From: Auanema rhodensis
Lineage: Eukaryota > Animalia > Nematoda
DNA: 64,000 nt
Assembly: GCA_964057225.1 (NCBI GenBank)
Contig: CAXKVF010000077.1
Location: 828,513-892,512, forward strand
Reading direction: 5' to 3'
Within the stretch, counting starts at the first letter, position 1; each line of letters starts with the position of its first letter. The position numbers and the translations under genes are program-made. The notes beneath the pieces were generated by a model. That model ran no database searches. It was not told the DNA's origin and saw only the letters and a program-made list of their open reading frames with translations. Positions 27,809 through 41,360 of the stretch are shown piece after piece.

Positions 27809-30800
27809 TCACGTGAAGCGAGTTACATACCAAGTGCACATCACGTGTACATTTAATTAGCATAAATTAAAGTTCACGTAAATTTCAAAGTCATGGTTAC
27901 CATGAAGCAATATCAATAAAAATTTGGTTTTAGACTAATATGGACATGGGGAATCTAATTTTGAAAACCGCATCTCTTTATCTTTCACGTGAAGCGAGTT
28001 ACATACCAAGTGCACATCACGTGTACATTTAATTAGCATAAATTAAAGTTCACGTAAATTTCAAAGTCATGGTTACCATGAAGCAATATCAATAAAAATT
28101 TGTTTTTAGACTAATATGGACATGGGGAATCTAATTTTGAAAACCGCATCTCTTTATCTTTCACGTGAAGCGAGTTACATACCAAGTGCACATCACGTGT
28201 ACATTTAATTAGCATAAATTAAAGTTCACGTAAATTTCAAAGTCATGGTTACCATGAACCAATATCAATAAAAATTCGTTTTTAGACTAATATGGACATG
28301 GGGAATCTAATTTTGAAAACCGCATCTCTTTATTTTTCACGTGAAGCGAGTTACATACCAAGTGCACATCACGTGTACATTTAATTAGCATAAATTAAAG
28401 TTCACGTAAATTTCAAAGTCATGGTTACCATGAACCAATATCAATAAAAATTTGTTTTTAGACTAATATGGACATGGGGAATCTAATTTTGAAAACCGCA
28501 TCTCTTTATCTTTCACGTGAAGCGAGTTACATACCAAGTGCACATCACGTGTACATTTAATTAGCATAAATTAAAGTTCACGTAAATTTCAAAGTCATGG
28601 TTACCATGAACTAATATCAATAAAAATTCGTTTTTAGACTAATATGGACATGGGGAATCTAATTTTGAAAACCGCATCTCTTTATCTTTCACGTGAAGCG
28701 AGTTACATACCAAGTGCACATCACGTGTACATTTAATTAGCATAAATTAAAGTTCACGTAAATTTCAAAGTCATGGTTACCATGAAGCAATATCAATAAA
28801 AATTTGTTTTTAGACTAATATGGACATGGGGAATCTAATTTTGAAAACCGCATCTCTTTATCTTTCACGTGAAGCGAGTTACATACCAAGTGCACATCAC
28901 GTGTACATTTAATTAGCATAAATTAAAGTTCACGTAAATTTCAAAGTCATGGTTACCATGAACCAATATCAATAAAAATTTGTTTTTAGACTAATATGGA
29001 CATGGGGAATCTAATTTTGAAAACCGCATCTCTTTATCTTTCACGTGAAGCGAGTTACATACCAAGTGCACATCACGTGTACATTTAATTAGCATAAATT
29101 AAAGTTCACGTAAATTTCAAAGTCATGGTTACCATGAACCAATATCAATAAAAATTCGTTTTTAGACTAATATGGACATGGGGAATCTAATTTTGAAAAC
29201 CGCATCTCTTTATTTTTCACGTGAAGCGAGTTACATACCAAGTGCACATCACGTGTACATTTAATTAGCATAAATTAAAGTTCACGTAAATTTCAAAGTC
29301 ATGGTTACCATGAACCAATATCAATAAAAATTTGTTTTTAGACTAATATGGACATGGGGAATCTAATTTTGAAAACCGCATCTCTTTATCTTTCACGTGA
29401 AGCGAGTTACATACCAAGTGCACATCACGTGTACATTTAATTAGCATAAATTAAAGTTCACGTAAATTTCAAAGTCATGGTTACCATGAACTAATATCAA
29501 TAAAAATTCGTTTTTAGACTAATATGGACATGGGGAATCTAATTTTGAAAACCGCATCTCTTTATCTTTCACGTGAAGCGAGTTACATACCAAGTGCACA
29601 TCACGTGTACATTTAATTAGCATAAATTAAAGTTCACGTAAATTTCAAAGTCATGGTTACCATGAAGCAATATCAATAAAAATTTGTTTTTAGACTAATA
29701 TGGACATGGGGAATCTAATTTTGAAAACCGCATCTCTTTATCTTTCACGTGAAGCGAGTTACATACCAAGTGCACATCACGTGTACATTTAATTAGCATA
29801 AATTAAAGTTCACGTAAATTTCAAAGTCATGGTTACCATGAACCAATATCAATAAAAATTTGTTTTTAGACTAATATGGACATGGGGAATCTAATTTTGA
29901 AAACCGCATCTCTTTATCTTTCACGTGAAGCGAGTTACATACCAAGTGCACATCACGTGTACATTTAATTAGCATAAATTAAAGTTCACGTAAATTTCAA
30001 AGTCATGGTTACCATGAAGCAATATCAATAAAAATTTGTTTTTAGACTAATATGGACATGGGGAATCTAATTTTGAAAACCGCATCTCTTTATCTTTCAC
30101 GTGAAGCGAGTTACATACCAAGTGCACATCACGTGTACATTTAATTAGCATAAATTAAAGTTCACGTAAATTTCAAAGTCATGGTTACCATGAACCAATA
30201 TCAATAAAAATTTGTTTTTAGACTAATATGGACATGGGGAATCTAATTTTGAAAACCGCATCTCTTTATTTTTCACGTGAAGCGAGTTACATACCAAGTG
30301 CACATCACGTGTACATTTAATTAGCATAAATTAAAGTTCACGTAAATTTCAAAGTCATGGTTACCATGAACCAATATCAATAAAAATTTGTTTTTAGACT
30401 AATATGGACATGGGGAATCTAATTTTGAAAACCGCATCTCTTTATCTTTCACGTGAAGCGAGTTACATACCAAGTGCACATCACGTGTACATTTAATTAG
30501 CATAAATTAAAGTTCACGTAAATTTCAAAGTCATGGTTACCATGAAGCAATATCAATAAAAATTTGTTTTTAGACTAATATGGACATGGGGAATCTAATT
30601 TTGAAAACCGCATCTCTTTATCTTTCACGTGAAGCGAGTTACATACCAAGTGCACATCACGTGTACATTTAATTAGCATAAATTAAAGTTCACGTAAATT
30701 TCAAAGTCATGGTTACCATGAAGCAATATCAATAAAAATTTGTTTTTAGACTAATATGGACATGGGGAATCTAATTTTGAAAACCGCATCTCTTTATCTT

Positions 30801-33616
30801 TCACGTGAAGCGAGTTACATACCAAGTGCACATCACGTGTACATTTAATTAGCATAAATTAAAGTTCACGTAAATTTCAAAGTCATGGTTACCATGAACC
30901 AATATCAATAAAAATTTGTTTTTAGACTAATATGGACATGGGGAATCTAATTTTGAAAACCGCATCTCTTTATTTTTCACGTGAAGCGAGTTACATACCA
31001 AGTGCACATCACGTGTACATTTAATTAGCATAAATTAAAGTTCACGTAAATTTCAAAGTCATGGTTACCATGAACCAATATCAATAAAAATTTGTTTTTA
31101 GACTAATATGGACATGGGGAATCTAATTTTGAAAACCGCATCTCTTTATCTTTCACGTGAAGCGAGTTACATACCAAGTGCACATCACGTGTACATTTAA
31201 TTAGCATAAATTAAAGTTCACGTAAAATTCAAAGTCATGGTTACCATGCACCAATATCAAAAAAAATTTGTTTTTAGACTAATATGGACATGGGGAATCT
31301 AATTTTGAAAACCGCATCTCTTTATCTTTCACGTGAAGCGAGTTACATACCAAGTGCACATCACGTGTACATTTAATTAGCATAAATTAAAGTTCACGTA
31401 AATTTCAAAGTCATGGTTACCATGCGCCAATATCAATAAAAATTTGTTTTTAGACTAATATGGACATGGGGAATCTAATTTTGAAAACCGCATCTCTTTA
31501 TCTTTCACGTGAAGCGAGTTACATACCAAGTGCACATCACGTGTACATTTAATTAGCATAAATTAAAGTTCACGTAAATTTCAAAGTCATGGTTACCATG
31601 AACCAATATCAATAAAAATTTGTTTTTAGACTAATATGGACATGGGGAATCTAATTTTGAAAACCGCATCTCTTTATCTTTCACGTGAAGCGAGTTACAT
31701 ACCAAGTGCACATCACGTGTACATTTAATTAGCATAAATTAAAGTTCACGTAAATTTCAAAGTCATGGTTACCATGAAGCAATATCAATAAAAATTTGTT
31801 TTTAGACTAATATGGACATGGGGAATCTAATTTTGAAAACCGCATCTCTTTATCTTTCACGTGAAGCGAGTTACATACCAAGTGCACATCACGTGTACAT
31901 TTAATTAGCATAAATTAAAGTTCACGTAAATTTCAAAGTCATGGTTACCATGAACCAATATCAATAAAAATTTGTTTTTAGACTAATATGGACATGGGGA
32001 ATCTAATTTTGAAAACCGCATCTCTTTATTTTTCACGTGAAGCGAGTTACATACCAAGTGCACATCACGTGTACATTTAATTAGCATAAATTAAAGTTCA
32101 CGTAAATTTCAAAGTCATGGTTACCATGAACCAATATCAATAAAAATTTGTTTTTAGACTAATATGGACATGGGGAATCTAATTTTGAAAACCGCATCTC
32201 TTTATCTTTCACGTGAAGCGAGTTACATACCAAGTGCACATCACGTGTACATTTAATTAGCATAAATTAAAGTTCACGTAAATTTCAAAGTCATGGTTAC
32301 CATGAACCAATATCAATAAAAATTTGTTTTTAGACTAATATGGACATGGGGAATCTAATTTTGAAAACCGCATCTCTTTATTTTTCACGTGAAGCGAGTT
32401 AAATACCAAGTGCACATCACGTGTACATTTAATTAGCATAAATTAAAGTTCACGTAAATTTCAAAGTCATGGTTACCATGAACCAATATCAATAAAAATT
32501 TGTTTTTAGACTAATATGGACATGGGGAATCTAATTTTGAAAACCGCATCTCTTTATCTTTCACGTGAAGCGAGTTACATACCAAGTGCACATCACGTGT
32601 ACATTTAATTAGCATAAATTAAAGTTCACGTAAATTTCAAAGTCATGGTTACCATGAAGCAATATCAATAAAAATTTGGTTTTAGACTAATATGGACATG
32701 GGGAATCTAATTTTGAAAACCGCATCTCTTTATCTTTCACGTGAAGCGAGTTACATACCAAGTGCACATCACGTGTACATTTAATTAGCATAAATTAAAG
32801 TTCACGTAAATTTCAAAGTCATGGTTACCATGAAGCAATATCAATAAAAATTTGTTTTTAGACTAATATGGACATGGGGAATCTAATTTTGAAAACCGCA
32901 TCTCTTTATCTTTCACGTGAAGCGAGTTACATACCAAGTGCACATCACGTGTACATTTAATTAGCATAAATTAAAGTTCACGTAAATTTCAAAGTCATGG
33001 TTACCATGAACCAATATCAATAAAAATTCGTTTTTAGACTAATATGGACATGGGGAATCTAATTTTGAAAACCGCATCTCTTTATTTTTCACGTGAAGCG
33101 AGTTACATACCAAGTGCACATCACGTGTACATTTAATTAGCATAAATTAAAGTTCACGTAAATTTCAAAGTCATGGTTACCATGAACCAATATCAATAAA
33201 AATTTGTTTTTAGACTAATATGGACATGGGGAATCTAATTTTGAAAACCGCATCTCTTTATCTTTCACGTGAAGCGAGTTACATACCAAGTGCACATCAC
33301 GTGTACATTTAATTAGCATAAATTAAAGTTCACGTAAATTTCAAAGTCATGGTTACCATGAACTAATATCAATAAAAATTCGTTTTTAGACTAATATGGA
33401 CATGGGGAATCTAATTTTGAAAACCGCATCTCTTTATCTTTCACGTGAAGCGAGTTACATACCAAGTGCACATCACGTGTACATTTAATTAGCATAAATT
33501 AAAGTTCACGTAAATTTCAAAGTCATGGTTACCATGAAGCAATATCAATAAAAATTTGTTTTTAGACTAATATGGACATGGGGAATCTAATTTTGAAAAC
33601 CGCATCTCTTTATCTT
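27457..33616 (+). repeat. Duplicated ~7-8-monomer block at 27-monomer (4752-bp) offset, with a nested 5-monomer (880-bp) duplication at ~28161-29920
   Basis: Pairs at a 4752-bp offset: 27650/32402 (GTTAAATA), 27927/32679, 28277/33029 and 28612/33364. Pairs at an 880-bp offset: 28277/29157, 28334/29214 and 28612/29492. Confidence 0.85.
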
Positions 33617-36600
33617 TCACGTGAAGCGAGTTACATACCAAGTGCACATCACGTGTACATTTAATTAGCATAAATTAAAGTTCACGTAAAATTCAAAGTC
33701 ATGGTTACCATGCGCCAATATCAATAAAAATTTGTTTTTAGACTAATATGGACATGGGGAATCTAATTTTGAAAACCGCATCTCTTTATCTTTCACGTGA
33801 AGCGAGTTACATACCAAGTGCACATCACGTGTACATTTAATTAGCATAAATTAAAGTTCACGTAAAATTCAAAGTCATGGTTACCATGCGCCAATATCAA
33901 TAAAAATTTGTTTTTAGACTAATATGGACATGGGGAATCTAATTTTGAAAACCGCATCTCTTTATCTTTCACGTGAATCGAGTTACATACCAAGTGCACA
34001 TCACGTGTACATTTAATTAGCATAAATTAAAGTTCACGTAAATTTCAAAGTCATGGTTACCATGAACCAATATCAATAAAAATTTGTTTTTAGACTAATA
34101 TGGACATGGGGAATCTAATTTTGAAAACCGCATCTCTTTATCTTTCACGTGAAGCGAGTTACATACCAAGTGCACATCACGTGTACATTTAATTAGCATA
34201 AATTAAAGTTCACGTAAATTTCAAAGTCATGGTTACCATGAACCAATATCAATAAAAATTTGTTTTTAGACTAATATGGACATGGGGAATCTAATTTTGA
34301 AAACCGCATCTCTTTATCTTTCACGTGAAGCGAGTTACATACCAAGTGCACAGCACGTGTACATTTAATTAGCATAAATTAAAGTTCACGTAAATTTCAA
34401 AGTCATGGTTACCATGCACCAATATCAATAAAAATTTGTTTTTAGACTAATATGGACATGGGGAATCTAATTTTGAAAACCGCATCTCTTTATCTTTCAC
34501 GTGAAGCGAGTTACATACCAAGTGCACATCACGTGTACATTTAATTAGCATAAATTAAAGTTCACGTAAATTTCAAAGTCATGGTTACCATGAACCAATA
34601 TCAATAAAAATTTGTTTTTAGACTAATATGGACATGGGGAATCTAATTTTGAAAACCGCATCTCTTCATCTTTCACGTGAAGCGAGTTACATACCAAGTG
34701 CACATCACGTGTATATTTAATTAGCATAAATTAAAGTTCACGTAAATTTCAAAGTCATGGTTACCATGCACCAATATCAATAAAAATTTGTTTATAGACT
34801 AATATGGACATGGGAAATCTAACTTTGAAAACCGCATCTCTTTATCTTTCACGTGAAGCGAGTTACATACCAAGTGCACATCACGTGTACATTTAATTAG
34901 CATAAATTAAAGTTCACGTAAATTTCAAAGTCATGGTTACCATGCACCAATATCAATAAAAATTTGTTTTTAGACTAATATGGACATGGGAAATCTAATT
35001 TTGAAAACCGCATCTCTTTATCTTTCACGTGAAGCGAGTTACATACCAAGTGCACATCACGTGTACATTTAATTAGCATAAATTAAAGTTCACGTAAATT
35101 TCAAAGTCATGTTTACCATGAACCAATATCAATAAAAATTTGTTTTTAGACTAATATGGACATGGGGAATCTAATTTTGAAAACCGCATCTCTTTATCTT
35201 TCACGTGAAGCGAGTTACATACCAAGTGCACATCACGTGTACATTTAATTAGCATAAATTAAAGTTCACGTAAATTTCAAAGTCATGGTTACCATGCACC
35301 AATATCAATAAAAATTGGTTTTTAGACTAATATGGACATGGGGAATCTAATTTTGAAAACCGCATCTCTTTATCTTTCACGTGAAGCGAGTTACATACCA
35401 GGTGCACATCACGTGTACATTTAATTAGCATAAATTAAAGTTCACGTAAATTTCAAAGTCATGGTTACCATGAACCAATATCAATAAAAATTTGTTTTTA
35501 GACTAATATGGACATGGGGAATCTAATTTTGAAAACCGCATCTCTTTATCTTTCACGTGAAGCGAGTTACATACCAAGTGCACATCACGTGTACATTTAA
35601 TTAGCATAAATTAAAGTTCACGTAAATTTCAAAGTCATGGTTACCATGAAGCAATATCAATAAAAATTTGTTTTTAGACTAATATGGACATGGGGAATCT
35701 AATTTTGAAAACCGCATCTCTTTATCTTTCACGTGAAGCGAGTTACATACCAAGTGCACATCACGTGTACATTTAATTAGCATAAATTAAAGTTCACGTA
35801 AATTTCAAAGTCATGGTTACCATGAACCAATATCAATAAAAATTTGTTTTTAGACTAATATGGACATGGGGAATCTAATTTTGAAAACCGCATCTCTTTA
35901 TTTTTCACGTGAAGCGAGTTACATACCAAGTGCACATCACGTGTACATTTAATTAGCATAAATTAAAGTTCACGTAAATTTCAAAGTCATGGTTACCATG
36001 AACCAATATCAATAAAAATTTGTTTTTAGACTAATATGGACATGGGGAATCTAATTTTGAAAACCGCATCTCTTTATCTTTCACGTGAAGCGAGTTACAT
36101 ACCAAGTGCACATCACGTGTACATTTAATTAGCATAAATTAAAGTTCACGTAAATTTCAAAGTCATGGTTACCATGAAGCAATATCAATAAAAATTTGTT
36201 TTTAGACTAATATGGACATGGGGAATCTAATTTTGAAAACCGCATCTCTTTATCTTTCACGTGAAGCGAGTTACATACCAAGTGCACATCACGTGTACAT
36301 TTAATTAGCATAAATTAAAGTTCACGTAAATTTCAAAGTCATGGTTACCATGAAGCAATATCAATAAAAATTTGTTTTTAGACTAATATGGACATGGGGA
36401 ATCTAATTTTGAAAACCGCATCTCTTTATCTTTCACGTGAAGCGAGTTACATACCAAGTGCACATCACGTGTACATTTAATTAGCATAAATTAAAGTTCA
36501 CGTAAATTTCAAAGTCATGGTTACCATGAACCAATATCAATAAAAATTTGTTTTTAGACTAATATGGACATGGGGAATCTAATTTTGAAAACCGCATCTC

Positions 36601-39600
36601 TTTATTTTTCACGTGAAGCGAGTTACATACCAAGTGCACATCACGTGTACATTTAATTAGCATAAATTAAAGTTCACGTAAATTTCAAAGTCATGGTTAC
36701 CATGAACCAATATCAATAAAAATTTGTTTTTAGACTAATATGGACATGGGGAATCTAATTTTGAAAACCGCATCTCTTTATCTTTCACGTGAAGCGAGTT
36801 ACATACCAAGTGCACATCACGTGTACATTTAATTAGCATAAATTAAAGTTCACGTAAAATTCAAAGTCATGGTTACCATGCACCAATATCAAAAAAAATT
36901 TGTTTTTAGACTAATATGGACATGGGGAATCTAATTTTGAAAACCGCATCTCTTTATCTTTCACGTGAAGCGAGTTACATACCAAGTGCACATCACGTGT
37001 ACATTTAATTAGCATAAATTAAAGTTCACGTAAATTTCAAAGTCATGGTTACCATGCGCCAATATCAATAAAAATTTGTTTTTAGACTAATATGGACATG
37101 GGGAATCTAATTTTGAAAACCGCATCTCTTTATCTTTCACGTGAAGCGAGTTACATACCAAGTGCACATCACGTGTACATTTAATTAGCATAAATTAAAG
37201 TTCACGTAAATTTCAAAGTCATGGTTACCATGAACCAATATCAATAAAAATTTGTTTTTAGACTAATATGGACATGGGGAATCTAATTTTGAAAACCGCA
37301 TCTCTTTATCTTTCACGTGAAGCGAGTTACATACCAAGTGCACATCACGTGTACATTTAATTAGCATAAATTAAAGTTCACGTAAATTTCAAAGTCATGG
37401 TTACCATGAAGCAATATCAATAAAAATTTGTTTTTAGACTAATATGGACATGGGGAATCTAATTTTGAAAACCGCATCTTTTTATCTTTCACGTGAAGCG
37501 AGTTACATACCAAGTGCACATCACGTGTACATTTAATTAGCATAAATTAAAGTTCACGTAAATTTCAAAGTCATGGTTACCATGAACCAATATCAATAAA
37601 AATTTGTTTTTAGACTAATATGGACATGGGGAATCTAATTTTGAAAACCGCATCTCTTTATTTTTCACGTGAAGCGAGTTACATACCAAGTGCACATCAC
37701 GTGTACATTTAATTAGCATAAATTAAAGTTCACGTAAATTTCAAAGTCATGGTTACCATGAACCAATATCAATAAAAATTTGTTTTTAGACTAATATGGA
37801 CATGGGGAATCTAATTTTGAAAACCGCATCTCTTTATCTTTCACGTGAAGCGAGTTACATACCAAGTGCACATCACGTGTACATTTAATTAGCATAAATT
37901 AAAGTTCACGTAAATTTCAAAGTCATGGTTACCATGAACTAATATCAATAAAAATTTGTTTTTAGACTAATATGGACATGGGGAATCTAATTTTGAAAAC
38001 CGCATCTCTTTATCTTTCACGTGAAGCGAGTTACATACCAAGTGCACATCACGTGTACATTTAATTAGCATAAATTAAAGTTCACGTAAATTTCAAAGTC
38101 ATGGTTACCATGAAGCAATATCAATAAAAATTTGTTTTTAGACTAATATGGACATGGGGAATCTAATTTTGAAAACCGAATCTCTTTATCTTTCACGTGA
38201 AGCGAGTTACATACCAAGTGCACATCACGTGTACATTTAATTAGCATAAATTAAAGTTCACGTAAAATTCAAAGTCATGGTTACCATGCACCAATATCAA
38301 AAAAAATTTGTTTTTAGACTAATATGGACATGGGGAATCTAATTTTGAAAACCGCATCTCTTTATCTTTCACGTGAAGCGAGTTACATACCAAGTGCACA
38401 TCACGTGTACATTTAATTAGCATAAATTAAAGTTCACGTAAATTTCAAAGTCATGGTTACCATGCGCCAATATCAATAAAAATTTGTTTTTAGACTAATA
38501 TGGACATGGGGAATCTAATTTTGAAAACCGCATCTCTTTATCTTTCACGTGAAGCGAGTTACATACCAAGTGCACATCACGTGTACATTTAATTAGCATA
38601 AATTAAAGTTCACGTAAATTTCAAAGTCATGGTTACCATGAACCAATATCAATAAAAATTTGTTTTTAGACTAATATGGACATGGGGAATCTAATTTTGA
38701 AAACCGCATCTCTTTATCTTTCACGTGAAGCGAGTTACATACCAAGTGCACATCACGTGTACATTTAATTAGCATAAATTAAAGTTCACGTAAATTTCAA
38801 AGTCATGGTTACCATGAACCAATATCAATAAAAATTTGTTTTTAGACTAATATGGACATGGGGAATCTAATTTTGAAAACCGCATCTTTTCATCTTTCAC
38901 GTGAAGCGAGTTACATACCAAGTGCACATCACGTGTATATTTAATTAGCATAAATTAAAGTTCACGTAAATTTCAAAGTCATGGTTACCATGCACCAATA
39001 TCAATAAAAATTTGTTTATAGACTAATATGGACATGGGAAATCTAATTTTGAAAACCGCATATCTTTATCTTTCACGTGAAGCGAGTTACATACCAAGTG
39101 CACATCACGTGTACATTTAATTAGCATAAATTAAAGTTCACGTAAATTTCAAAGTCATGGTTACCATGCACCAATATCAATAAAAATTTGTTTTTAGACT
39201 AATATGGACATGGGGAATCTAATTTTGAAAACCGCATCTCTTTATCTTTCACGTGAAGCGAGTTACATACCAAGTGCACATCACGTGTACATTTAATTAG
39301 CATAAATTAAAGTTCACGTAAATTTCAAAGTCATGGTTACCATGAAGCAATATCAATAAAAATTTGTTTTTAGACTAATATGGACATGGGGAATCTAATT
39401 TTGAAAACCGAATCTCTTTATCTTTCACGTGAAGCGAGTTACATACCAAGTGCACATCACGTGTACATTTAATTAGCATAAATTAAAGTTCACGTAAAAT
39501 TCAAAGTCATGGTTACCATGCACCAATATCAAAAAAAATTTGTTTTTAGACTAATATGGACATGGGGAATCTAATTTTGAAAACCGCATCTCTTTATCTT

Positions 39601-41184
39601 TCACGTGAAGCGAGTTACATACCAAGTGCACATCACGTGTACATTTAATTAGCATAAATTAAAGTTCACGTAAATTTCAAAGTCATGGTTACCATGCGCC
39701 AATATCAATAAAAATTTGTTTTTAGACTAATATGGACATGGGGAATCTAATTTTGAAAACCGCATCTCTTTATCTTTCACGTGAAGCGAGTTACATACCA
39801 AGTGCACATCACGTGTACATTTAATTAGCATAAATTAAAGTTCACGTAAATTTCAAAGTCATGGTTACCATGAACCAATATCAATAAAAATTTGTTTTTA
39901 GACTAATATGGACATGGGGAATCTAATTTTGAAAACCGCATCTCTTTATCTTTCACGTGAAGCGAGTTACATACCAAGTGCACATCACGTGTACATTTAA
40001 TTAGCATAAATTAAAGTTCACGTAAATTTCAAAGTCATGGTTACCATGAACCAATATCAATAAAAATTTGTTTTTAGACTAATATGGACATGGGGAATCT
40101 AATTTTGAAAACCGCATCTCTTTATCTTTCACGTGAAGCGAGTTACATACCAAGTGCACAGCACGTGTACATTTAATTAGCATAAATTAAAGTTCACGTA
40201 AATTTCAAAGTCATGGTTACCATGCACCAATATCAATAAAAATTTGTTTTTAGACTAATATGGACATGGGGAATCTAATTTTGAAAACCGCATCTCTTTA
40301 TCTTTCACGTGAAGCGAGTTACATACCAAGTGCACATCACGTGTACATTTAATTAGCATAAATTAAAGTTCACGTAAATTTCAAAGTCATGGTTACCATG
40401 AACCAATATCAATAAAAATTTGTTTTTAGACTAATATGGACATGGGGAATCTAATTTTGAAAACCGCATCTTTTCATCTTTCACGTGAAGCGAGTTACAT
40501 ACCAAGTGCACATCACGTGTATATTTAATTAGCATAAATTAAAGTTCACGTAAATTTCAAAGTCATGGTTACCATGCACCAATATCAATAAAAATTTGTT
40601 TATAGACTAATATGGACATGGGAAATCTAACTTTGAAAACCGCATCTCTTTATCTTTCACGTGAAGCGAGTTACATACCAAGTGCACATCACGTGTACAT
40701 TTAATTAGCATAAATTAAAGTTCACGTAAATTTCAAAGTCATGGTTACCATGCACCAATATCAATAAAAATTTGTTTTTAGACTAATATGGACATGGGAA
40801 ATCTAATTTTGAAAACCGCATCTCTTTATCTTTCACGTGAAGCGAGTTACATACCAAGTGCACATCACGTGTACATTTAATTAGCATAAATTAAAGTTCA
40901 CGTAAATTTCAAAGTCATGTTTACCATGAACCAATATCAATAAAAATTTGTTTTTAGACTAATATGGACATGGGGAATCTAATTTTGAAAACCGCATCTC
41001 TTTATCTTTCACGTGAAGCGAGTTACATACCAAGTGCACATCACGTGTACATTTAATTAGCATAAATTAAAGTTCACGTAAATTTCAAAGTCATGGTTAC
41101 CATGCACCAATATCAATAAAAATTGGTTTTTAGACTAATATGGACATGGGGAATCTAATTTTGAAAACCGCATCTCTTCATCTT
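29921..41184 (+). repeat. Long-range duplicated blocks at 32-monomer (5632-bp) and 33-monomer (5808-bp) offsets
   Basis: Pairs at a 5632-bp offset: 30270/35902, 30974/36606, 31227/36859, 31261/36893, 31426/37058 and 32030/37662. Pairs at a 5808-bp offset: 34353/40161, 34714/40522, 34794/40602, 34823/40631, 35112/40920 and 35317/41125. Confidence 0.85.
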
Positions 41185-41360
41185 TCACGTGAAGCGAGTT
41201 ACATACCAAGTGCACATCACGTGTATATTTAATTAGCATAAATTAAAGTTCACGTAAATTTCAAAGTCATGGTTACCATGCACCAATATCAACAAAAATT
41301 TGTTTATAGACTAATATGGACATGGGAAATCTAACTTTGAAAACCGCATCTCTTTATCTT

